A stretch of DNA of 64,000 nt from a virus (Duplodnaviria > Caudoviricetes), in the IMG/VR virus record IMGVR_UViG_3300036713_000599; one strand, 5' to 3'. The notes beneath the pieces were generated by a model. That model saw only the letters and a list, made by a program, of their open reading frames with translations, had not been told where the DNA came from and did no database searches. How positions within the stretch are numbered: position 1 is the first letter of the stretch; each line of letters opens with the position of its first letter. The position numbers and the translations under genes are program-made. Shown here one piece after another: positions 48,601-55,832 of this stretch.

Positions 48601-49058
48601 CAGGGGACAACCGAGCGTTTATTCTCATCAATGCATTGCAGTACCCTACCATTGATGGCGGGGGTCCGGTGACCATGCATCGGGGTGTATTTCAGGACGA
48701 CGTTGCGATGACTTTGTCCCCTACTCTTGGAGTGGTGGGCAGTTTTACCGCAGGTGCCTATATCATCGGGGCTGGCGGGGCTTCGATCACAGGTTACAGC
48801 GATGACGCGACAATTACGTCTGAGACGGGACTCACCGATCCGGATGACATTGAGGCTGAGAGGTTGGAGAGGACGGCCAATCATGTGATTGTGAGCTTAG
48901 CGACAGGCGGCACATCAGCGGACGAGCCGACCAACCACGATTATGCTGCGAGCTATGTGATTTATGACGATCGTGGTCCCCATGACCTCCAGTCGTCAGA
49001 AGTGGAGAGTTTGGACCTCGGAGAGTTAACGTTAACTTTTAGATCTGCGAATAGCTAG
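45615..49058 (+). CDS. Baseplate J-like wedge protein (gp6-like), extended
   Basis: 1147 aa. J-type motifs are PGSTTRDVSIDP, RRRLAGRSATGQVVF, AITAETPGANGNVPAGTI, VTNTEATVFGTDRESN.DL..R and GKVDVWV. Confidence 0.85.
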   Translation: MTIAPQINLRDGSGSAQDVVFTTNLRHITLTGTIDTNIVDLQVSLNGGTFVSDPTLVLLDGASWTFPNPASYPDGYPLEIGLNTAQFRGIDLVGSLSPTASVEMTRVDEVTQEVSIPSGVKIRRRRDTVDVLASRPVVAANATTGLEVSGFEFRGFNIYASTSPGGTTGYFRINESVVTGASTYYEEELVDVATDSLSFTATTTNVRILITEENPFGETVTTLVDNLVDVFGYADTLQTNYSLQEAIRTEYIFFRHNRAGGAGIINSDQFSDVEDSDPLYYVVTAVYYDPTQRIEFETPYSQEILGKPLIIDTTLRDLPDRTQLQVSLSFLDAIQRVNEEISLVPGSTTRDVSIDPFASEAERIWFILDFVHRSQSFLTLMSVDDANGDEVSDAVESSSYKSAIKAALGFTTDIAVQQLIDTQFEKLAGNFQRRRLAGRSATGQVVFFATTRPTQDIVVVSGTVAFTSDGVRFLVSGTYVLPAADADAYYNFDTQRYELIAAITAETPGANGNVPAGTITGFQSTSSTGNVSVTNTEATVFGTDRESNHDLAVRAQLGFVSVDKGTEGGYAATAAEQVGIVRAKIVKSGDALMMRDYDDVRGKHIGGKVDVWVQGIRERTVTETFAFAFEVLRDTQCQIVDAANLIFRVTASEVADETPLVEILDNSAQGLGVRNVTQGIDYDLTGVTIVDYQTFQVNSGIQTFTTAVDDVIRADVRYRSVNRFTPTLQPVRRVTSVVGEVSGTLSTTEGYDLYKTEDPLWNGESTIARDYISINQVGGVPSGDVITVNNETHVMVGFFQEKLASIGINTATLRVFSEDRMTEYDGPGTTAPDFEIVEGTAITPASIVRTTTSAIVSGQTVSVDYDHDENFVVTYVINDLLQEFQRSLNTQRHTTADVLAKQTILNSVDLETTIQLKSGASKDSTDPLVRTSVSTELNQKLIGQGSAQSDLINAIDSTKGVDFQVIPLAKMGYADGSQKMRERLFNSYARVSSLDSGDNRAFILINALQYPTIDGGGPVTMHRGVFQDDVAMTLSPTLGVVGSFTAGAYIIGAGGASITGYSDDATITSETGLTDPDDIEAERLERTANHVIVSLATGGTSADEPTNHDYAASYVIYDDRGPHDLQSSEVESLDLGELTLTFRSANS

Positions 49059-49067
49059 GTACCTGTC

Positions 49068-49874
49068 ATGGCACGCTTTAAAATCGATCCTGCTCGCGTG
49101 AACTTCAACATCGAGCGACGAGGCAAGGAATACAACCTCAGGGTCGTACAGCGTGCTCAGACTATTTTTTCCACCCTCTTAGGGTTGTTGCCTTCGAATT
49201 ACATCAGCAGCATACAGGGACCCAACTATACCCTCGAACTCAAGGCTGTCGCTGTTGAGCTAGCTAAAATTGAGTTAGCCATCGAAGACGTGGACATGGA
49301 TTTGGACTATACGAAGACAAGGTCCGACTTCCTGTATTCTATCGTCGGTTACTTGGCGTTTCTCAACGGCCGTTTACCTGGCTTGGACCAAAGTGACGAA
49401 GAGTTCAGATCCTTTTTGATCAATATCATTCGCATTTACTTTCAAGGGTCAACACCTGATTCGATGCAGGATGCCGCGGAACTATTCTTTGACAGCGGCA
49501 CGACTTTAGAAAATTTTATACTACAACGGGCAGGGGTGTCGGGACTTGATATTTCGGACCAATTTGGGTTCCAGGTAGACATCGCTACAGGCGGGGTTTT
49601 TCCTTCGAACGTGTTCGAACTACAGAGGGCTCTCAAGTTGATCCTCGACATTATCCGTCCTGCCCATACGCTTTTTCGAATTAGGTACATTTTCACGGAC
49701 GATTACAATCCCAATGACCCCGAAGGACGAATTCTGGACGAGTATCGGTGGCGGATGGCAAATTATTACTACGAGGATTTTCGGTCCTACTGGTGTGGTA
49801 TGAGGGACCGTGATAGGTTGGGGAAGAAGGTTAACCAAACAGTTACAGGTGAGGACCACTCATCGGACTTTTGA
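49068..49874 (+). CDS. Baseplate wedge protein (gpI/gp7-like)
   Basis: 268 aa. Motifs are DEEFRSFLINIIRIYFQGSTPDSM and LKLILDIIRPAHT.F. It follows the J-like gene. Confidence 0.75.
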   Translation: MARFKIDPARVNFNIERRGKEYNLRVVQRAQTIFSTLLGLLPSNYISSIQGPNYTLELKAVAVELAKIELAIEDVDMDLDYTKTRSDFLYSIVGYLAFLNGRLPGLDQSDEEFRSFLINIIRIYFQGSTPDSMQDAAELFFDSGTTLENFILQRAGVSGLDISDQFGFQVDIATGGVFPSNVFELQRALKLILDIIRPAHTLFRIRYIFTDDYNPNDPEGRILDEYRWRMANYYYEDFRSYWCGMRDRDRLGKKVNQTVTGEDHSSDF

Positions 49875-49916
49875 GGTCAGTTCTATTTATGTGCTGGCCT
49901 GAACAGGAGACACCAA

Positions 49917-50423
49917 ATGCAGATTATCATGACAGGCCCCAGAGCAGCTGTTCGAGTCCACCATGAAGTCGCTTATGACTTTGACGAGGATAAAGGCATC
50001 TGGCTTCGGAGGGTAGAAGACGAGGATGAGGTTGTGCATAACCTCATCTTGGATGCGGGCCGTGTGCAGCTCCACTCACAATGTTACGCCACGAGTGGCA
50101 TCTTGACCAACGGGTTCAACTATATCGCTCTGACAAATGATGGGACTGCTCCGGCGGCCGGTGACACAACCCTCACAGGTGAGATAGCTACAGCGGAAGG
50201 CCTTGATCGGGCGCAGGGGACCGTCACTTTACCGACGGGCTCAGGTAACCAGACGACTATTGAGAAGGTCTTTACCTACACTGGTAGCTCACAGGCGGTC
50301 CAGAAGTCCGCTTTGTTTACGGCAGCGTCTGCGGGTGTGATGGCTCATGAGGTACAGTTTGCTTCGAGGTCACTAGCTACCAACGATCAGCTAACTGTGA
50401 CGTACACGATCACACTGGGCTAG
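49917..50423 (+). CDS. Tail-fibre attachment/collar-like protein
   Basis: 168 aa with RBS AGGAG. The pattern is VHNLILDAG...YIALTNDGTAPAAGDTTLTGEI...SALFTAAS.GVM...NDQLTVTYTI. Confidence 0.6.
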   Translation: MQIIMTGPRAAVRVHHEVAYDFDEDKGIWLRRVEDEDEVVHNLILDAGRVQLHSQCYATSGILTNGFNYIALTNDGTAPAAGDTTLTGEIATAEGLDRAQGTVTLPTGSGNQTTIEKVFTYTGSSQAVQKSALFTAASAGVMAHEVQFASRSLATNDQLTVTYTITLG

Positions 50424-50434
50424 TCGTCATTGTT

Positions 50435-50863
50435 TTGGCAGGGAAGGTTGTTGTGTACGATTACGACCGGAGAGCGGCGTCAAAAGTTGTTTGGGTCAAT
50501 GACACCTTGGGGCCTAGACTTACCAAAGGTAAGTTTGGTGCACCTAAACATATAGCGCACCAGGACGCGTCTTGGGCTTGGGCCGTCAAGACTATTTCCA
50601 AGTGGAGAAGTCCCACGAAACAACCAACTTTGTTTTTGCGAGTTCTCCCAATAGACTACGCTACGGACAAACTTCTGCACGATCAGGCTAAGAAATTCCC
50701 TCCCAGTGCTCTGAAGCAGGCTAAAGCGTATGCAAAGGAGCTAGTAACCAACGGAAAGGCTGATGCGGCTGAGGTAGAAGGTTTTGCTTCGGGATTGCCC
50801 GCGTTTTCCTTCGCGGATACCCGATCAATTGAAAAATTCGGTCATTTTGAGCGGCGGGACTAA
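50435..50863 (+). CDS. Hypothetical protein (start uncertain)
   Basis: 142-aa ORF with a TTG start and no clear RBS. It fills the gap exactly and its stop overlaps the next ATG (TAATG). Confidence 0.5.
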   Translation: MAGKVVVYDYDRRAASKVVWVNDTLGPRLTKGKFGAPKHIAHQDASWAWAVKTISKWRSPTKQPTLFLRVLPIDYATDKLLHDQAKKFPPSALKQAKAYAKELVTNGKADAAEVEGFASGLPAFSFADTRSIEKFGHFERRD

Positions 50864-51696
50864 TGGCGGTAGCACAGTGTCAGTTCACGCAAGGTGGGAC
50901 GGTCGGAGGCGACGGTCAGTCTGTTATAGGGCTCTCTTCCGGTGCCCAGATTACCATGACCGACAAAGCAGGGGCCGGAGCGACCTCTTACTTGTGGGAG
51001 ATCATTAATTGGCCCGCTCCTTTGTCTTCGGCTCCGGTGATTACGAACTCGACGTCGCAGGTTGCAACGGTGACTCCTACCCAGGATGGGATCTACATCG
51101 TCAAGTTGACCCGGACTGATGCGGGTGACGGAACTACAGTGGACACACAGTTCTTCGGTATCGAAGACTCCGAAGGCCACCATCTTCCAGTGGCTGGCAT
51201 GTCCGGGAATATGACCAACGTGGGAGGTTCCCCTACCCTGGCCCAGGCGGCCGGGTGGATGGGCCGGGCGGACGCTTCAACAAATGTCCTGCTAGATGCG
51301 TATCTCCGGTGGTGTAAGGCAGCAGCCCGTAACGTCCAGAGCTTTCCTCTGGTTGCTGGGAAACAGGTTGCCACGAGCAACAGCTGGCTCGTGGTGGGCT
51401 CTTTGCAGTTCGACCCCTCCCAGTACCCTTCCTACGCTACAGCGGCCTTCCAGGTGGCTCTGAGTGTTACCAGTGGGCAGACGGCCGAGGTTCGGCTCTA
51501 CAACGTCACCGACGGTGGAGTGACTGCAAGCTCAACTCAGACGAGTACAAGTCAAACAACGGAGGTCAAATCAGCCACGGTTACGCTGCCTTCAGCTGAG
51601 AAGCTCTACGAGGTCCAACTTCGGCTTGCGAGCCCCAATGGGGGGTCTGACGAGGCTGTATGCTCTGAGGCTCGTCTTATTCTGGCAGGTGTTTGA
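50863..51696 (+). CDS. Fibre/appendage protein: PKD/Ig-like domain plus C-terminal beta-sandwich
   Basis: 277 aa. The PKD-like segment is SYLWEII..P.......ITNSTSQVATVTPTQDGIYIVKLT. It is paralogous over its full length to the C-terminus of the next gene. Confidence 0.65.
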   Translation: MAVAQCQFTQGGTVGGDGQSVIGLSSGAQITMTDKAGAGATSYLWEIINWPAPLSSAPVITNSTSQVATVTPTQDGIYIVKLTRTDAGDGTTVDTQFFGIEDSEGHHLPVAGMSGNMTNVGGSPTLAQAAGWMGRADASTNVLLDAYLRWCKAAARNVQSFPLVAGKQVATSNSWLVVGSLQFDPSQYPSYATAAFQVALSVTSGQTAEVRLYNVTDGGVTASSTQTSTSQTTEVKSATVTLPSAEKLYEVQLRLASPNGGSDEAVCSEARLILAGV

Positions 51697-54656
51697 TGGC
51701 AGCACCGTACTCCCAGCTCTCGTGTGTCTTTGGAGGGACAAACGAGTACGTTACGATAGGGGACGTGCTCGGGTTTGAGAGGACCGACTCGTTTTCGGTG
51801 AGCTTTTGGTTCAAAACGACTGATACTGGGTGGAAGTCTCTGATTGGAAAGTCAGAGGGAGCCTCCAATTACCGAGGATGGGGCGTCATCCTCAGCGGAA
51901 TCTCGGCAGGGAGCATTCGATTCACACTTACGAGCATTTCGGGTTCCAACCATCTGTCTGTCCGCACGACCGGTGTCTACAACGACGGAGAGTGGCACCA
52001 CGGACTAGTCACCTACGATGGTTCTTCTTCGGCTTCTGGTGTGACGTGGTACATCGACGGAGGATCTGTCGCCATGACCACTGTGGACGACACCCTATCA
52101 GCTACGATCGTCACGACCCGCAACCTTCTCCTCGCGGCTAATGATGACGGGGCAATCGATCATTACACAGGCAGTCTTGACGAGGTTGCCGTTTATGATG
52201 TCGAGCTGACCTCTAGCGATGTTGTGGAGATATATAATGGAGGGGCGCCATCAGACCTTCTCCGGCTCGATACTTCGGGTGATCTCGTGGGTTGGTGGAG
52301 AATGGGAGACGGAGATGTCTACCCGACTCTCATGGATCATTCGATTAGCGGTAATAATGGCACTATGACCAACATGGAATCAGCCGACATCCAGGCGGAT
52401 GTGCCAACCGGCAGATTCTCGGTTGAGTTCGGAGGGACCAACGAGTACGTTACGATGGGGGATGTGCTCGGGTTTGAGAGGACCGACTCGTTTTCGGTGA
52501 GCTTTTGGTTCAAAACGACTGATACTGGGTGGAAGTCTCTGATTGGAAAGTCAGAGGGAGCCTCCAATTATCGAGGATGGGGCGTCATCCTCAGCGGAAT
52601 CTCGGCAGGGAGTGTCCGGTTTCAGCTCACAAGCGTTGCGGGTTCCAGCCATCTGTCTGTCCGCACGACCGGTGTCTACAACGACGGAGAGTGGCACCAC
52701 GGACTAGTCACCTACGATGGTTCTTCTTCGGCTTCTGGTGTGACGTGGTATATCGATGGGGAAACCGTTGCCATGACCACTGTGGACGACACCCTGTCAA
52801 CTACGATTGCCACAACCCACGATCTTCTCCTCGCGGCTAATGATGACGGGGCAATTGATCACTATACCGGCAATCTTGATGAGGTTGCCGTCTATGATGT
52901 CGAGCTGACCTCTAGCGATGTTGTGGAGATATACAACGCCGGGAACCCCGCCATTGATCTGGCGAAGGCTTCCTCTGCAGGCAGCCTTGCGGGTTACTGG
53001 AAGTGTGGGGATGGAGACACTTATCCAACCATTGCAGATCACTCAGGCAACGGTAATGACGGTACCATGACAAACATGGAAGCCACGGATATTGTGAATG
53101 ATTCGGCTTTCGCTCGGCTTCCTGTGGGTTCTCCACTGCTCCCAAGAGTTTCAGGATACTCAGCAGCCTTTGGTGGTACGGATGAGTACGTCACAATGGG
53201 GGATGTGCTCGGGTTTGAGAGAACGGACACGTTTTCGATCTCGGTCTGGGTTAAGACAACTCTTTCGGCCATTGGACATATTGTGGGCAAAACTGCCAAC
53301 TCGACGGCTGCCCCTGGGTGGGCGCTGCTCATCGACTCGACAGGGAGGCCTTACTTTGATCTTATCAACTCTCTCACGGGTAACAATTATCTTCAGATCG
53401 GCACGACCACAGCGACCGTGAAGGATGGTCGCTGGCATCATTTAGTTTTAGCCTACGATGGTTCAAGTGCTGCGAGTGGTGTTACGTTCTATATCGATGG
53501 CGTGAGTGTCGCGTCTTTGACGACCTACCAGAACACGCTTTCGGCCTCGACCGTCCATACAGATCCTTTGACTGTTGGGCGTAGGGCGAACCATCCTAGT
53601 GACACATATCCCTACGTAGGCAGTCTCGATGAAGTTGCTGTCTACGACATCAAGCTGACGGCAGCAGAGGTGTCCCGTATCCATAACGGGGGTTCGCCTT
53701 GCGACCTGGCGAAGCTCGGCACCTATGCGGACCTCGTTGGCTGGTGGCGGATGGGTGATGGGGACACGTTCCCAACTCTAGCCGACCATGGTAGCGGTGA
53801 CAACGACGGCACCATGACCAATATGGAAGCTTCGGACATTCAGCGAGATGTCCCGTTGGCTGGTGGTGCCATCCAGTTTACTCAGGGCACGGAACGGGAC
53901 ATCGGGAAGTTCTCGACTGTCACGGGCAATACAGCTGTTACGCTCCGGGACGCCAAGGGTTATGGAGCCATCGCCTGGCAATGGGAGGTCATTTCGGCCC
54001 CTGGCCCAGTAGGGACTTTTCCAGCCATCACAAATGACGGGGCCAAAGATGCCTTTGTTACGCCGTCTACGGACGGGGTTTACGTCGTCAGGGTCACACG
54101 AACGGATATTGGCGGGGAGTCTGTGGACACCCAAGCGTTTGCCGTGCTTGACGGTGAGGGGCATGCTCTGCCTTCGGCTGGCCTCGGTGGCAGTCTTATT
54201 AACACGTCTGACGAAGCTCTAGTGGCAAGTTGGATTGGACGGGCCGATGCCCAGACGGACTTCTTTTTCGACGCTTACTTGAGGTGGCTCAAGGAGGCTT
54301 TGAAGAATTCTCAGACGTTTGAAATCTTATCTGGTCTTCAGAAGACCGATTCGACTTCATTCGTAGGGGTCGGGGCAGTCCGACTTAATGAGTCAAACTT
54401 CCCGAGCTACACAGTGGCGACATTTCAAGCGGTCTTTGAGGTAGCTTCGGGTTATACAGCTGAGGTCAGGTTGTACAACCTGACGGACGACACTACAGTG
54501 TCGGGTTCGGTATTGAGTACAACCAGTACATCTTCCGTGGTACTCGAAGGTACCCTGACGCTTCCTTCCGGGCAGAAGGACTACGAGGTTCAGCTCCGGG
54601 TTACGGCCGGTGGCGGTTTTGCTACTTGCACAGGAGCGAGGATTATTCTCACGTAG
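51696..54656 (+). CDS. Three LamG/concanavalin-A-like domains fused to a paralog of the upstream fibre protein
   Basis: ATG 51696 (TGATG overlap), 986 aa. The repeated unit is FGGTNEYVT.GD.LGFERTD.FS.S.W.KT...DGEWHH...YDG...LDEVAVYD..L...V...GWWRMGDG. Confidence 0.85.
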   Translation: MAAPYSQLSCVFGGTNEYVTIGDVLGFERTDSFSVSFWFKTTDTGWKSLIGKSEGASNYRGWGVILSGISAGSIRFTLTSISGSNHLSVRTTGVYNDGEWHHGLVTYDGSSSASGVTWYIDGGSVAMTTVDDTLSATIVTTRNLLLAANDDGAIDHYTGSLDEVAVYDVELTSSDVVEIYNGGAPSDLLRLDTSGDLVGWWRMGDGDVYPTLMDHSISGNNGTMTNMESADIQADVPTGRFSVEFGGTNEYVTMGDVLGFERTDSFSVSFWFKTTDTGWKSLIGKSEGASNYRGWGVILSGISAGSVRFQLTSVAGSSHLSVRTTGVYNDGEWHHGLVTYDGSSSASGVTWYIDGETVAMTTVDDTLSTTIATTHDLLLAANDDGAIDHYTGNLDEVAVYDVELTSSDVVEIYNAGNPAIDLAKASSAGSLAGYWKCGDGDTYPTIADHSGNGNDGTMTNMEATDIVNDSAFARLPVGSPLLPRVSGYSAAFGGTDEYVTMGDVLGFERTDTFSISVWVKTTLSAIGHIVGKTANSTAAPGWALLIDSTGRPYFDLINSLTGNNYLQIGTTTATVKDGRWHHLVLAYDGSSAASGVTFYIDGVSVASLTTYQNTLSASTVHTDPLTVGRRANHPSDTYPYVGSLDEVAVYDIKLTAAEVSRIHNGGSPCDLAKLGTYADLVGWWRMGDGDTFPTLADHGSGDNDGTMTNMEASDIQRDVPLAGGAIQFTQGTERDIGKFSTVTGNTAVTLRDAKGYGAIAWQWEVISAPGPVGTFPAITNDGAKDAFVTPSTDGVYVVRVTRTDIGGESVDTQAFAVLDGEGHALPSAGLGGSLINTSDEALVASWIGRADAQTDFFFDAYLRWLKEALKNSQTFEILSGLQKTDSTSFVGVGAVRLNESNFPSYTVATFQAVFEVASGYTAEVRLYNLTDDTTVSGSVLSTTSTSSVVLEGTLTLPSGQKDYEVQLRVTAGGGFATCTGARIILT
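51730..52940 (+). repeat. Intragenic direct repeat (~510 nt, offset 699 nt) encoding LamG domains 1 and 2
   Basis: Copy 1 spans ~51730-52240 and copy 2 ~52429-52940. Perfect blocks are 51765-51871 = 52464-52570 (107 nt) and 51950-52051 = 52649-52750 (102 nt). Confidence 0.95.
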
Positions 54657-54665
54657 AGGTACATC

Positions 54666-55832
54666 ATGGCAGGCACCCCCATCGGCAAAATAGACTGCGC
54701 TATCACAAACGCATCAGCAAATCTGGCGAACCAGGAAGTCTTTAAAAATACCTTCGATTTTTTTGAGCAAATGGTTACGGCTGGGTACGCGACTCGTATC
54801 GCTCTCCAGTACGGGGCTAGCGGTACGGGGACTGATTACCACGACGGGACCAATCCTTTCGGGGAAAACGCCTTTGCAGTCTATCGAATGGATGGGTCTA
54901 CGAGTGGGAATTCTTCGAGCGCTCGGGATGGGTCAACCCTTCCGGACTTTGACTATTATGTGCTCATCCAGTGGGCTGACACAGCCGCATTCGGCACTAC
55001 TCCAGGCAACCCAGGGACTCTGGATGCGGGGACAGGAGATGGGGTCGGAATCGTGGTTGCGGTGCGTGAGGATGGAGGAAGCCCTTGGAACGGTGGGACG
55101 GCTAATGCCGGTGCAGATGCTAAGGGTTCAACAGTTTGGACGGCGGGTGCCTCTGTTTTGCATGTGTTTCCTATTTCCAACAGCTTTACGGGCGGGTCTC
55201 ACCTAACCAACAAGGAAAATGCTCGTCTGCTGGTGGACTCGGGGACAGGTGGAGTCAGAATGTCGTGGGTGGGTACAGCTGACTCGTTCGCGTTCATCTT
55301 CGACGCTGGAGATACCGGAACATACCAAGCTCACTACGTTGGGATTTACGAGCCTAGAAGTGGGCTGAGCCCCTCTTTGCCTCTCGTGTGTGCTAGCCCC
55401 TCTGCTGCAGCAACGTTGCCATGGCCAGACGGTACAGCGACAACGTGGGGCACAACCACAGGGGATGGGACCAACGAGGGTGGTGTGCTCGGAACCCTTC
55501 TCACCGATCTGATGACCACTTTGAGCGTGGGTCAAGACGTGGCGGGAGTCTTCACAGCAGTCTCCCAGCCAAATAACCAGTTGGCAACTCCTGAATTGGA
55601 CGCTTTTCCGATTCGTCTGGTTCAGCGAGGTACTGGACGAGTTGGCTATTTAGGTGATTTGGAGCCAGGTCTGATCCAAGTCGTTTACGATGTTGCCACA
55701 AATCAGACGAACGCTGCCCAGAGTCGAGCTTACTTTGGGTCGGCTACGCAAGCATCTCTCCACCTCGCAGTGGCTTGGGGAGGTAGCAACACACCCGGCA
55801 CTAACTCGACTCGTGCAGGAGTAACGTTCTGA
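54666..55832 (+). CDS. Hypothetical virion/fibre-associated protein
   Basis: 388 aa, G/T/A-rich and beta-like, with RBS GAGG. It lies between two LamG genes. Confidence 0.65.
   Translation: MAGTPIGKIDCAITNASANLANQEVFKNTFDFFEQMVTAGYATRIALQYGASGTGTDYHDGTNPFGENAFAVYRMDGSTSGNSSSARDGSTLPDFDYYVLIQWADTAAFGTTPGNPGTLDAGTGDGVGIVVAVREDGGSPWNGGTANAGADAKGSTVWTAGASVLHVFPISNSFTGGSHLTNKENARLLVDSGTGGVRMSWVGTADSFAFIFDAGDTGTYQAHYVGIYEPRSGLSPSLPLVCASPSAAATLPWPDGTATTWGTTTGDGTNEGGVLGTLLTDLMTTLSVGQDVAGVFTAVSQPNNQLATPELDAFPIRLVQRGTGRVGYLGDLEPGLIQVVYDVATNQTNAAQSRAYFGSATQASLHLAVAWGGSNTPGTNSTRAGVTF

Noticed and set aside
51730-52940. Diversity-generating retroelement template/variable repeat pair
   Set aside because: The differences are not adenine-specific (many are C/T), both copies are in frame within one ORF, and no reverse transcriptase is in the window.
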